Assembly (NCBI GenBank): GCA_013265495.1
Contig: MU058485.1
Coordinates: forward strand, 62,001-119,689
Direction: 5' to 3'
Length of the DNA stretch: 57,689 bases
Source of the DNA: Vicugna vicugna
Taxonomy: Eukaryota
Positions 12,242 to 24,950 of this stretch are shown here, one piece after another. A model generated the notes under the pieces. It was not told where the DNA came from and made no database searches. It worked only from the letters and a program-made list of their open reading frames with translations. A program made the translations under genes and the position numbers. Each line of letters begins with the position of its first letter. The first letter of the stretch is position 1.

Positions 12242-12400
12242 GGGGGAGGGTATAGCTCAAGTGGAAGATCATATTCTTAGCATGCACAAGTGCCTGGGTT
12301 CAATCCCCAGTACTTCTTCTAAAAATAAAATAAATAAATAAAAACCTAATTACCACCCCCCTGCAAAACATTAATTAATTACTTCAATTAAAATTAAAAA
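12242..12400 (+). mobile_element. Camelid SINE (Vic-1-like) with target-site duplication
   Basis: ggggagggtatagctcaagtgg...cttagcatgcacaagtgcctgggttcaatccccagtac plus A-rich tail; aaagataatttag on both sides. Confidence 0.92.
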
Positions 12401-12847
12401 AAGATAATTTAGTGCAGACTTATCAGGCTACAAGGGCTACAATGAATGCCCCTCCCCCATTAATTTAGAAGAAATCTCACAGTATTTCCCAACATAAAGG
12501 CTAAAATATAATTCAGAACACTTTCTGATGGTCAGCATGATTTTAACAAAAATGTAGATAATTACCTCCCTGGTGTCAAAGCTCTGTCAGAGATGGGCAC
12601 AGAAAATTTAGTAAAAATGACTTTGCAACTATCTTTGAAAGAAATGCTGATAAATGATCTTTTCTGTTGGAAATTAGCCTGTTTTTACATTCTGCAGTAG
12701 GTATACGTGTTTACAAACCAGGCAGGAATGGAGTCATATTTTACACATACTTTAGAAACTGATTTGAATTTTGCTCTCTACCTGCAAGGCTATTTCTTAG
12801 GTAATAACATAAGCTGGCCACTATACTAAATTTTGTTTCCCTGTTTG

Positions 12848-12990
12848 CTTAATCCTCACAACAACTCTGAAAGCTGCTATTATTACCCCCATATAACAGA
12901 TAAAGAGCTTGAGGCAGAAAATAATTTGGGTAACTTGGTAAATGGTGGAGCTGGGTAAGACTGCAGCCAGTCTGACACTCAAGTCCATTC
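12848..12990. mobile_element. MIR SINE fragment
   Basis: Core ttaatcctcacaacaactctgaaag...attattacccccatataacagataaagagcttgaggcaga. Confidence 0.75.
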
Positions 12991-13464
12991 TATTCTTCTC
13001 ACCGATGTCTGATACCACTTTCTAGATTCAGCAATGACTGTTGATTTAAGTGTGTCATTTCTAAAAGTGCAAAGCTATATTAGTACTGCTGTGTAAATTA
13101 TTCTTTTGAGATGTGCTTGCCAAAAAAACAAAAACAAATAAAATCAGGGTGCCACTGAGGGGAGGGTGAACTGCATATGGACGGACACAAGGGGACATTT
13201 TGAGGACACAGTTGCACAACTCTAGAAGTAGCTAAAATGGCTGACTTGTACAATTACAATGTGTGAAATTTATGGCCTGTAAATTACACCTTAATACAGC
13301 TATTAAATTAAGAAACTGGGATACCAAATTAAGACTAAAACACATATATATATCACACAAAGAACAACAGGCAAATATCATTATTTACTGCATCATTTTC
13401 CTTCATGCAGTTTCCTTTCCTCACCCGTTCCTGAAAGGATGATTCACTTTTAAAATAGTCTTTT

Positions 13465-14480
13465 AATTTATTCAGCAAATAATTTTTGACTGCTTACTAT
13501 GTAGCCAGGACTAGTCTAGGCACTTGGAATAGATCAATAAACAAAACAAAAGTCCTGTCCTCACGGAGCTTGGTTGGAGTCTAGCTGGGGTGGGGGTGGA
13601 GATTACAATTCACACAACATAGCAGCAGAGGAGGTGGCATGTTAGGACAGAGGAACCATGGAAAAAAGAAAAAAGGGCAAGGTAAAGAGAGCTGAGGGTA
13701 TGGGATGAGGGTGATGTTGTATTAAATACCAGAGCAGGCCACACTGAGGACTGAGGTTAGAACTAAGACTAGGAGGTGAGAAGTCCAAGGTGGACGGAAT
13801 AATCATCACCAAGGCCAGCGTGCACCTCACATGTTCCAGAATGGGGGCATGGCTGGAGCTGCGGAGAAGGGTCAGTGCAGATCCTGTACGGCCTTGGAGG
13901 ACGTTGTAAGGACTGTGGCTTTTACCCGGAGTGAAATGCGGAGGCACTGCAGAAGGACGACATAATCTAACTTAGGTTTTCAAGGCTCACTTGACTGACG
14001 GGTGAGAATAGTCAAAACGGGTCAGAGATGAAAGAAGGAAAGCCACTGAGAAGGGCTGTGCAGGAGGAGAGGACAGTGGCTCAGGGCAGGGCAGCAGCAG
14101 TGGAGGCAGGAGCTATGGTGAGAAGTGGCTGGGTTCTGGATATGTTTTAAAGGCAGTGTTAAACCAGATCTATTAACAGAATTCATGTGGTATGTCACTG
14201 AAAGTCAGAATAAGTCCAAGTTTTTTGACCCAAGCAACTGGAAGGATTAAGTTTCCACTAAGTGAATGGGGGAGGCTGCAGAAAGAACCAGTTTGGGGGG
14301 TAGGAGGACCAAGAGCTCAGTTTTTACACATGTTGGTTTTAAGATATCAGAGTTCCAAATGAAGATGTCAAATCAGCAGAAGACTGTAAGAGTCCAGAGT
14401 TGGAGAGAAAAAATCTAGCGGGAGACAGAAATGTGGGAATCCATGGGTCACACAGGTGGTAGAAGAAGACATGAAACCCA
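13465..14480 (-). mobile_element. LINE-2 fragment
   Basis: L2 3'-end signature ttattcagcaaataatttttgactgcttactatgtagccagg, then purine-rich L2 body (gagctcagtttttacacatgttggttttaagat). Confidence 0.75.
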
Positions 14481-14692
14481 GGTACACAAACATTAAGATA
14501 ACCTGGCATTAACCATAGAAGTTGTCCTTGAGGGCCTGCCTACTAGGTGTGGATATCAGTCCTATTTCCCGACCACTCAAATTTTAAAAAGGAACTTACA
14601 ATTGAATTCGTGCAAGACACTGCCTCCAGTGGGTGGGTCCAGAGCTGGAGTGGAAGAATGGGATGGTGCAAGCTACTCCCTATGGCAGAACG

Positions 14693-14736
14693 TGTTTGTG
14701 TGTGTGTGTGTGTGTGTGCACGCATGTGTGTGTGCG
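14693..14736. repeat. (TG)n microsatellite
   Basis: Direct observation. Confidence 0.95.
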
Positions 14737-17700
14737 CAGGGGGATGAGATACACCTGGCTTAAGAAAAAGAGCTAGTAAGTCTAGAAGCTGAAAGATGAA
14801 AGAACATCCAGATATGGTAGAGGGAACAGGGGAAACACTGTGTACTGTAAGACATATCCTCATAATGCCATTTCCCACCATCCTTTCATCAGGAACACAG
14901 TTGGAAAGGGGGGAATTATGTAGATACGTGTGATGTACACAAACTTTCTGACTACGTAACACTGAATATCTACATATGTAGCAAGTTAATGATATTTATA
15001 TCTGCTTCAAGTTTAATAACAAGTTCACAACAGAGGGAAAATAAAATATTGAGGACTGGTAGAAGTATCATAGAAGGCCTTTCAATGCTCAGAATGGAAG
15101 CAAAAACAGCTTCACCCCACAAGGAATGTCAATAAGAGTCAAGAATGTTTATATTTGCTTAAGAAATTGAGAGTTACAACTTCCTGCTTTAAAGAATTAA
15201 CTTTAAGACACATACCATACTATAAGCAACATCTATACTGGTGCTTTCTTAAAGCTATTTTTAGTTCCTGCTTGCTCTGATGTACTCCAGAAACTCTGCA
15301 AACAAAACCTTCTATTCAAAGGCTTAAAGGAATAGAAAAAGAAATAACACTGCATTCTTTTATGTGTTCTCTGTACTGAAAGTCACTTGCAAATGCAGCA
15401 CCCTGCCACAGGGCTACATTTTTAACAATAAAGTCTTTTGCACAATTTTTCAATTGCTATGTGACTTTGTGTCAGTCTCTCACTCAGAAGCAGAATGGAG
15501 TACCAGAAAATGACACAACATGTCTAAAACTGCAGATGTGGAAGATGAATGTACACCAGGAAACAGCTAAGTGGGAGGGTAAGGCTTACCTTTTAAGCTA
15601 CCGTAAGTGCAGTTACACCTTCTCCCTGCTTCTCCTGTGAAGTGAAGAGCTAGTCTTTTCCAGAAAAGCTCTCATTCTGAGAACTGTCTTCTTTAAAATA
15701 TTTGGAGATTCTTTTTTAAGGTTCTTTCACTTTTAAGTCTTTCCCCAACTCTACATCCCATAACAAGTGTTAAAATTATCCAATAGCCTTTTGTTACAGA
15801 ACATACTCTACAAAAGCTGAGGTTTCCCAGGGTTTGGATCCCAGAACTCTGCTACCAGATAATCCTAAAGCCTTCCTTCCATAACTGACTCTTCTGCCAG
15901 TTCACAGCTGTGGGCAAATTCGGCTTCTCAGACCAGGTAACTTTCTAACTCTGCCTATGAACACTCTGCTGCCAGTAAAGGAACTCTCAGGCAGGAAGCA
16001 CACAGTGCCCCTAGTGAGGGTTGCCTCCTTCAACCAATCAAGATGCCATCACCAAGCAAATATTTAAACCTACTGCAAAACTTCTGAAGACATCTTACAA
16101 ACAATATAGTTTGTATAGATGCATACTCTTTGCTCTGGAATAGTGATTTCCAATGGAGGGAACAAAGAAACACATGACCCAAGCAATTGTTTAAAACTGC
16201 ACATAACCATCCCTCTTCATGTAAGGATTCAGGCAAGCCCGTCTTACAGGCCTAGGTGTAGCAGAATGACAGCACCTCTGGGAGTAGGGTGAAAAGCAGC
16301 GAGGTAGACTTTTAGTGAAAGGGGGTGATGTAATAGGCCCCATCGCCCACTTACCTCCCACCACAGGACAATCATCTCAGATTGAGAACAAACACTTTGG
16401 GAAACAGAGGTTGTTTATGTTTTTATGGTTTTCTGGTGGAAGTAATGCCCTGAGTCATGTGAAGTTGTGGCTGCAAAATTGAACAGGGGACCAGACATTT
16501 TCACATTCAGGACATAAATACTCAGCCCCCGGGTGGCCACCATATCTGCTCTCCCCTTTGCCTGTTCACTCCAAAAGCTCTAGGGCTCTCCTGCTTGCAA
16601 TGACACCCACCACTACTCACAAGTTCCTGCCAAGTTCATGTCAGCAGCTGGTGGTGTCAAAATCACCATTTGTACTGCTCTGAAGTCCCTCCATTACTTT
16701 ATATCCCTTCTATTTTCTCTGTTGTCTCCCTAGCTACACTTGCATTCAGAAGCTGGTTACCACACTAGCATTGCCTCTGTAATCAGTCCAGGATATAGGA
16801 AGTAGAGATTCTACTGTAACCAGTCCCAGAACACTTGTCATGCCACTCTAGTTTCCCAACAAAATACTCTGGCATCCCTCATCTCACCCAAAGAACCACC
16901 GCATTACTTAGAGGTTGTAAAAGTAGAAGGCTTTCTCTACTGGGAAACACTGTGGTTTGTAGTAGAGTTGAGATTTCAGTTTTTGCAACTAGTTACAGAC
17001 AAAAGGCATGTTCCACAAATTTTCTTCAAGCATTTGGAATTTAAACTTTTATTAGATACAGAGCCGGTGGACTAACTGTAATCTATGAACATATGGTCAT
17101 ATTACCAAATAATGTTCATGTCTGCCTTACAAACATGTAGAACTTGAATTACACCTGCATCCTGTAGGCTTTTAGAATTGGATGTGAAGCATCCTGTGAG
17201 ATAAAAAACCTCCTATCCAGTCACAGAACGCCTTACAGACAACATCACATTAATGCCACTGAATACATTACTATAGTCCATTTATGGTCAAGTTACATCT
17301 CCAATTTCTCAGAGCTGGAAAGGAGATGTCTAGAAAAGCTGGAAAAGCCTAATTACCAAAACAGCTCAAAAGTTAAAGCAGACTCCTGCACCTCCCAGAG
17401 CAGAGGGCGGAGGGGGAATTGCCCTCCACCCTGTCCTCCCCAACGACGTGGCATGTGGGGAAGCAGGCAGGAGTGGGTGCCTGGGACTCAGAGGTGGAGA
17501 GGTGATGAAAGCAAGAGTGGAACTTCTCTAGTCCTAGAACAACAGGGCTGTAAAAACTTGGCTTCAGTTCAACCCGCTCCCTCTCCCATTTTCCCTCCCA
17601 CCTATGTGACAAACAGAGCACAGTCAGGCACTTTCTGCCCATGATGGTGACTACTAGCAGGAAAGGGACCAGCATAAAAGCATGTCCTATAAAAGATCAG

Positions 17701-19204
17701 TCTGATTTTAAAGACCATGATATAAACAAAGAACAGCTCTGTCAGAGTGGGACACTTGTGTGGTGCTCAAATAGGGAGGAGGAGGCTGAGGATCCATTTC
17801 CAGCACTTCCATGTCTTTTATCACTCCTATTTCTGACCTTTCCTTTGCCACTTTTTGTAGCACTGCCATCACTGGCAGGTAAAGGGGCAGCAATGTGACT
17901 TGGCCGTTTGGCTGATGGGGCTACATTTCCCAGCAGTGGAATGAAAAGGCACTGGAAGAGGATCAGCTGGAAGATGTGAACCGCGGTCCTGGCCTGTGCC
18001 CAACACTAAACAGGTGACCTTGGGTTAGGCTCTTAGTCTCTCTGGGCTTCCGGCTGTTTACTTATAAAAGAAGGTTTTGTCATTCCACAAATATATCTAA
18101 TATGAAATGTAACATGAAAGTCAAACATAATGACATCTCACCTGCTTGCCTCAGGGAACTGTACAAGCACTGAACACCATGTGAATGTAAACACAGAGTT
18201 AAGAAAACTGTTGAGCTAAAGCGCTAAACTGAACATGGAGATAAAGTTTTATGGATTTTCTTGGCTTTCTTTTTTAATTGCAACACTGAATTAATTGTTA
18301 TTAGCTATACTCCACACCACCACCCCTGCAAATAAATAAAGTTAGGTAAGCACTGCCTGGATGCCTGCTATTGCCCGATGCTAAGCAGGGTGAGAGGTAT
18401 AAAGGAGGCTGAACAAAGGAGTCTTCTCCAGTTATGAGCTAAGTGAGGAGACACATTGGAAACCACCCGGGAATGGTACCAAGTCAGTACTCAAAGCCAA
18501 GATTATAGGCTACCATTCATAAACAGTGCAGGAATACAAAGAGTAGCTAGAAGTATTTGGAGTAAATAGGGAAGACTCTATGAAAAGGATGAGGCTCCAA
18601 CTAGTTCTCAGGACAATTCTAATCTGTTTTAACTGAGGACTGGATAGGAAAAAGCTGGTGACTCCTGGTTTTTAATAAGGCACTGGTTATCCTAGAAGGC
18701 TAAGTCACATAATGATTGGAACACATAAGGTAAGGCCAAAATGATGGAGGGTTGAGACTACCTGGCTGGGATCTGGTTGTGGTAAGTCTTTGACTTGACT
18801 CTAGATGTTGGAGGGTCAAAACTGTAGGTGGACTGAAAGGGGGGGAGAGAATATCTAAGAATTCAACAGAAGGAAAAATTCATGTATCAGGGATGAAAGC
18901 TCTTCATCAGAGTATCAGCAATCATAATAGACACTTGAAACAAAAAACATACAGTTCCAGAAGCTGACAAAATATGGAGGGTGGTGAGAGAAAGACAAAT
19001 CAAAGATCATTCCAAGCCTTTGGGTATTCAAGACCGGAAGAATGATTATCCCACTGAATAAGTGGAGACGCTGCAAGAAAAAAGATTATGAAATCAGCTT
19101 TAGACATGTTGAATCTGACATATGAGCTAAGAGTAGGTGTTCTCTAAGAAGCTCAAAATTCAAAACTGAAGCACAGATCTAGAGTACAGGCTTAAGATGC
19201 AGAT

Positions 19205-20335
19205 GGACAAGACATGATAAATCTCCTAAAAGAAAACATAGGCAAAACATTATCTGACATAAATCTTAGCAACATTCTCCTAGTGCAATCTACCCAGGCA
19301 ATGGAAATAAGAGAAAAAATAAACAAATGAGACGTAATTAAACTCATAAGTTTCTTCACAGCAAAGGCAACCATAAGTAAAACAAAACAACAACCTACGA
19401 ATGGGAGAAAATATTTGCAAATGATATGACTAACAAAAGCTCAATTTTCAGAATATATAAACAGTTCATACAAATTAATAACAAAAAACAAACAACTCAG
19501 TCCAAAAATAGGCAGAAGTCCTAAACAAGCATTTCTCCAATGAAGACACAAATGGCCAATAGGCACATGAAGAAATGCTCAATATCACTAATAAACAGAC
19601 AAATGCAAATCAAAACTACAATGAGGTATCAGCTCACACAAGTCAGAATGGCCATCGCTCAGAAGTTCATGAATGATAAATGCTAGAGAGGCTGTAGAGG
19701 GAAGGGAACCCTCTTACACTGCTTGTGGGAATCCAGTTTGGTGTAGTCATTATGGAAAGCATGGAAATCCCTCAAAAAACTAAAAGTAGACTTACCCTAT
19801 GACCCAGCAATCCCACTTCTGGGTATATAACTGGAAGGAACTCCAATGTGAAAAAATACCTGCACCCCAGTATTCATAGCACCACTGTATACAATAGCTG
19901 AGACATGGAGGCAAGCTAAATATAGCAACAGATGACTGGATAAAGATGTTGTGGTATATTTATACACTGGAATACTACTCTACCATGAACAGGACAAAAT
20001 AAAACCATTTTCAGCAACATGGATGGAGCTAGAGATCGTCATTCTAAGTGAAAGCAGCCAGAAACAGAAAAATACCAAATGATACCACTCATATGTGCAA
20101 TCTAGAAAAAGAGAGAAAAAGACACTGTGAACTCATCTACAAAATATAAACAGACTTGCAGACTTAGTAAACAATTTTAAGGTTACCAGGGAAAGGGGAT
20201 GGGAAGGGATAAATTTGGGAGTTTGAGATTTACAAATGTTAGCCACTATATATAAAAATAGATTTTAAATAAAGTTTCTTCTGTATAGCACAGAAACCTA
20301 TGTTCATTATCCAGCAATAACCTATAATGGAAAAG
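19205..20335 (+). mobile_element. LINE-1 fragment (end of ORF2 and 3' UTR), truncated at both ends
   Basis: Colinear with the L1 copies at 200-1050 and 43950-45050; no poly(A) tail or target-site duplication seen. Confidence 0.93.
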
Positions 20336-20439
20336 CGGATATAGCCACCAACTGAGGAAGCAAGAGAAGAAAGGAGAGTTAGTTATGCTGGGCTAGAGCC
20401 CACTTCTAAAGTCCTTGTCAGCCACTGAGGCTGCCCAGA

Positions 20440-21250
20440 GTACACTGAGCCCTCCTCCCAGCGACAGGCTGACGTGACATGCATCCTGCAAACCTGGGGC
20501 AGCAGAGGCCACCCCCAGGTCTGGCCCTGGGGGAGATGGGAGCAAGTCCACCTGCTCCCCCTGGGGCAGTACCCCTCCCCACAGATCCCACCTCCTGACC
20601 GCATTGGGCCTGCCTCTCAGGAGCCCACTGACTTGAAAACAAGTGATCCATGAACCTGGGGCAGAGGCAGGGAGATGGGCAGCGACCTGGGAAGCTGGTT
20701 GATTTGCCCCCATCTCCCCCACGGCCTGTCCAGGGCTCAGACTCTGCTGCTCCAGGCATGGCCCCCAGGTCAGCCTGCTCCCGGGAGGAGGGCACGGTGT
20801 GGTCGAAGGCAGTGGCGGGCTATGGGGTCTGCCCATGGGAGCCCGTGGATTTGCTCCAAACTCCCCAGTGCATGGCTTGAGCTTGTCCTCTGCTGCCCCA
20901 GGTTCATGGAACTCAGCTTAGAGGTCAGCCTGCTTCTGAAAGGTGGGTACTGTGCAGTCAGGAAATGACGGTGGCAGCGATGGCGGGTTTGGGGATGCCT
21001 TGTGAGAGCGCGGGGGTTGCGACCATTACCTGTTGCTGCTGCAGCCATCCCAGCACACTGACCGCACCGCGCCCACCTCCTAGAAGCAGACTGACCTGTA
21101 ACCTGAGTCCCACGAACCTGGGGCTTTAGAGGACGCCTCCAAGGTCAGGCCGCGGGGAAGATGGGAACAAATCCAGGGGCTCTCATGGGGCAGCCCCCAT
21201 TCCATCAGAGGCCCCGCGACCGCACTGCATCCGCCTCCCAGGAGCAGGCC
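20440..21250. repeat. Diverged GC-rich ~160-bp repeat: direct copies (~20440-20680, ~21057-21250) and an inverted copy (~20770-20962)
   Basis: Recurring motifs caggctgac, aacctggggc(a)gcagagg, gagatgggagcaagtcca and gaccgca; reverse complement of 20770-20962 aligns by eye to 21057-21250. Confidence 0.8.
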
Positions 21251-21800
21251 ATGGTCTGAGAGCCAGTCGGAGATGCTCCGGAGCCGTCCGGCACCCTCCC
21301 ACCTCCCGGGGCTGTACCTGCTCCCCTAAACCCGAGTATAAGCGGCGGCAAAAATGCGGGGTTCAGGAACTACTAATAGCGGGTTTACCACGAACCACAG
21401 CGGCGGCTGGGACCAGCCTCAGGGTCCTTACGGGACGCGCGGCCTGGACCTCACTTCCGCACCCCTCCCTCGGCACCTCACCAGCTGTACAGCCCAGGGG
21501 TCAACCGCCGGCTCCCCGAGCAGCGCGCCCCCAATAGCGCCCCCTTGACTGCCCAGCAGCTTCAGCCGAGCCGAGGGCAAGCGGCGGCCCATACCCCAGG
21601 CCGTGTTCCTCTTCCAGGAGCTGGTCCAGGAGCAACCGGCTCCCGCCAGCTTCCTCGCGTTCTGGGCGGGTTCCGGCGTCTGCGCATCTGTCCGTCTGCG
21701 GTTGCGTGCCCCTCCTCCTCCCGCCCGCAAGGCAAACTGCTCGGGTGGGGCTCCTGCTTTACCGGACCTGGCCACTGGGGCCAGGAGGAGCCAGGTGGGG
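20960..21800. promoter_or_regulatory. CpG island, possible promoter
   Basis: High GC and CpG density; ETS-like ACTTCCG at ~21453; minus-strand donors CTG|GTGAGG (exon end 21482) and CAG|GTAATG (exon end 21030). Confidence 0.7.
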
Positions 21801-22984
21801 CCCCTCCTGCTCGTCCCGCTGGGTCTCCATCCCCAGAGACTTCACTCTGCTACCGACTGGGTCCTGGCACTGAACTAGAACCAGCCCCACTTTCTCTGCT
21901 CACCTTCCCCTCCCTGTTACTACCCTCCCACCCCTGGCCAGGCCCAGTCTCCCACCAGACCTTGAAGACAGGGTTCCTTCTCCTCACACCGAGGTCCCTG
22001 CCCTGACACTCCATACTGCTAGGTCCTACCCTATGGCCCCTACACCCACAAGCTTACCCCTCATGCCTCACCACAGGATCCCCAACATCCTGAAATTGTC
22101 CCCCTTACCTCTAAGCCAGACTGAGCGGGCCCCACACCCCTCAACCTGTACCCCCTCACCATGGGATCCTCTTCACTCTGAGTGCACCCCTACCCTGAGC
22201 TCACTCCCTCACCCTGTGGTTGGGGTGGGGAAATCCGGGCTCCAGTAATGATGACTACTGCTACCAGTGGGGGATCCAGCCTAGTGTGTACCTTCATAGT
22301 TAATGTCTGAGGCTACAGGGCGAGGCAGGCTGGGCTGAAGGTGGTTCCAATTCCCGCCCTGGCAGCCTGATCCCCGCACCCTGTTCCTCAACTGACCCAA
22401 TGGGTCAGGGTGATCCCAGGCTGCCAGCCACTGGCCTGTGGGCCTTGGTGGGTTGATGGTCCTGATGGTGATCTGGACCCCTAGGGCAGAGGCATTGGGC
22501 ACACGGACCTTTGGGGTGGGGGAGTTCAGAGGGTGCACTTGATCCCAGGGGTAGACAGCAGATGGTGGGCTGTGTGCGTGGCCTGGGCTCAGCCCAGGTG
22601 TGTGCAGGGACATTGTTCATTCACACCAGGCCAGAGGGAAGAGGGATGGGAGATTTTAAAGCATCAAAGTTAGGAATCCAAGGCTGGAGAGCAAGGCAGG
22701 AAGGTGCACTGGCCAGGCCACCATGGAGCCCGTGGCAACGCTGGTCCCTTGCATCAGGGGAGACAGGCAGTTGACTGGCCAATGAGACATCCCCTGCTGT
22801 GGTATAGTTTACAGGCAATTGAAGGGATTTTGACAGGTAAACTTAATCCAATAATTGTCACTTTCTCTGCGGGAGATCAGGTCCAAAGTCATGGTGAATC
22901 TGGCAGGAATTCTGCCTGAACTGCAGCCTGGGACAGTGGAGGACCCACCCAGGAATCATCCTCTTAGCTCTCACTAAAAGGCAC

Positions 22985-23412
22985 TGTAATAGAGAAGAAC
23001 AAATCTGACGCCATATTGGATCTGTTACTTTTCCTTTAACCCTCTGCCCTGTTTTCTAGGCTTAGTCTTGCTAGGTCTGCCCCTTTTGTAAAACAGTGTT
23101 GCCTTTAGTCTGAAATAAACAGTAGAGCCTATTCTCAAAACTCTGAACTTTAAGGATATTAACACTTTTGCATTCCTATAAAGATAACAAGTTGCAGAAT
23201 AGAAAAAGTTAGTTTGTTGCAGGTTTTACAGGAACACCATGATCTGACCCACGTGGACAGCTGCAGAGGATTCCAAGAACAAAGAAATCCTACACCAAGA
23301 AGTTTGCAACAACCAACCACAGCCCCTCCCCTTTTTAGTAGAAAAGGAGCCTGAAGTCTGACTTGGGGAAGATGGTTCTCCAAGATATTAGTCTGCCATT
23401 ATCTAGGTCTGC
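22985..23412 (+). mobile_element. ERV LTR, 5' portion, truncated
   Basis: Starts tgtaatagag; ccacagcccctccctttttagtagaaaaggagcctg and aagatggttctccaagatattagtctgccat resemble artiodactyl ERV1-class LTRs as recalled. Confidence 0.7.
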
Positions 23413-23693
23413 AGCTGTCTATGTAGACCAGGTCATAGTGCCTCTGTAAAACCTCTAACAAAACAAAAGTTATTTTCTATTCTGCAACTTGTTTTCTTTA
23501 TATAAGTGTAAAAGTATTAATATCCTTAAAGATCAGAGCCTTGAAAATAGGCTTTCCTGTATATTTCAGGCTAAAGGCAGCTTTGTTTTACAAAAGGTGC
23601 AGAGCTAGTAAGACTAAGCCTAGAAAAGAGGCACAGGGTAAAGCCAAAAGAACAGATCTTCTATGGAGTCAGATTTTTATCTTTTCTATTATA
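23408..23693 (-). mobile_element. Second fragment of the same LTR family in inverted orientation
   Basis: Reverse complement aligns to 22985-23268 (ttttctaggcttagtctt, ctttaaggatattaa, aacaagttgcagaatagaaaa, gacagctgcaga). Confidence 0.85.
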
Positions 23694-23699
23694 GTATAT

Positions 23700-24690
23700 T
23701 CTATTTTTGTTTTAAGTTTATAAGAATAAAATTTAGCCTTTTCCCATTTTAAATTGTGCAATTTTAAGGACCATTAAGTGCATTTACAATGCTGTCAGAC
23801 CAACACAACTGGTTTCAGACTATTTCCTTCCTCAAAGTAAAAGCTCGTATACAAAATGCACCCCACACCCTACCTCCCCCAGCCCATGACAAGCCCTAAT
23901 CCCCTTTCTCTCTCTATGTCTTTACCTATCCTGGAGGTTCCCTAAAAATGAAATCATATAAAAGGTGGCTTTTTTTTTTGTCTGCCCACATATCTTAAGT
24001 AGGGATAGGTGAATTTTTTGTTTCTTTGTTTTCACGTGAATGAGCATTTTTGTATTTTGAGAGGAAAATCCACATGGATTAAAGATGAGACATACCAAAT
24101 GAAGCCCTTTTAGTAACTCTGTGCATAATCTCGGTGTAGGCACTGCTGTTCTAAGTGTGAAATCAGAGCCAGAAGGGAGATGCTTAGCTCTTCTTGTGGC
24201 AAAATAAAACCAAACAAAGGCAGAAAACAAAGACCAAGAAATACAGCTGGAAAAACAAACCACAGCCTGGAAAAAGCGTTCCTCATCACCCAAGGTCAGA
24301 GAAAAGCTTCACATTCTTGTGGTCCAAAAACCTGTTGAAGCCCAGTGTTCTGAAAAGAAACAAAACACACACAGGCAGTTCCAACGAGAGGCAGTGCAGG
24401 TGTCCAGTTTGTGCTAGAGATGCTCGACCTCTCAGGTGAGGAGACAGGCAGACGGACAGACTGCAGAGACAGCATTGGCCACCATCACACTGGCAGGTCT
24501 TTAGCCCGATGACAACCAGCCCTGGTGACAACGTGAGGAGGCAGAGGCCCCAGGAGATCCCCTGGAGAGCAAATGGACGCTCCTCTCCAGCAGAACAAGG
24601 TGCAGGATACATCAAAGTGCCACAGGTGCATCCCTTCCCTAGCAGTGCTGATCCTTAGAGCAGATCCCACCAAAGTTCTTGCACAATTTT
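23700..24690 (+). repeat. ~1-kb direct repeat, copy 1
   Basis: Colinear with 27345-28340 (e.g. aaatgaagcccttttagtaac, gggagatgcttagctctt, gacctctcaggtgag); begins with an old antisense L1 3'-end remnant. Confidence 0.92.
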
Positions 24691-24779
24691 CAAAAATAAT
24701 TTTTCTTCAGTACATGAATTCAAAATAATCAATATGTCATCAAGGGATTTTCAGAAATGACCTGCCCTGGGCCTCAACA

Positions 24780-24950
24780 TAAACACACACATATACACAT
24801 CAATATATACACACATAGACACATAAATATATACAAACATACATCCAGGAAAAGAGACAGACAGACTGAAACACAGAGAAGCAGGGGGAGACAGAGAAAC
24901 AGAGAGAGACAAGATAGAGAGAGAGGCACTGAGAGACAGACAGAGAAAAT
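24780..24950. repeat. CA/TA then GA-rich low-complexity tract
   Basis: Direct observation. Confidence 0.85.

Noticed and set aside
12242..12315. tRNA gene
   Set aside because: tRNA-like head followed by A-rich tail and target-site duplication, so a SINE; the same applies to the other copies.
21354..22006. Overlapping ORFs in the CpG island
   Set aside because: Expected in stop-poor GC-rich DNA; no recognisable protein.
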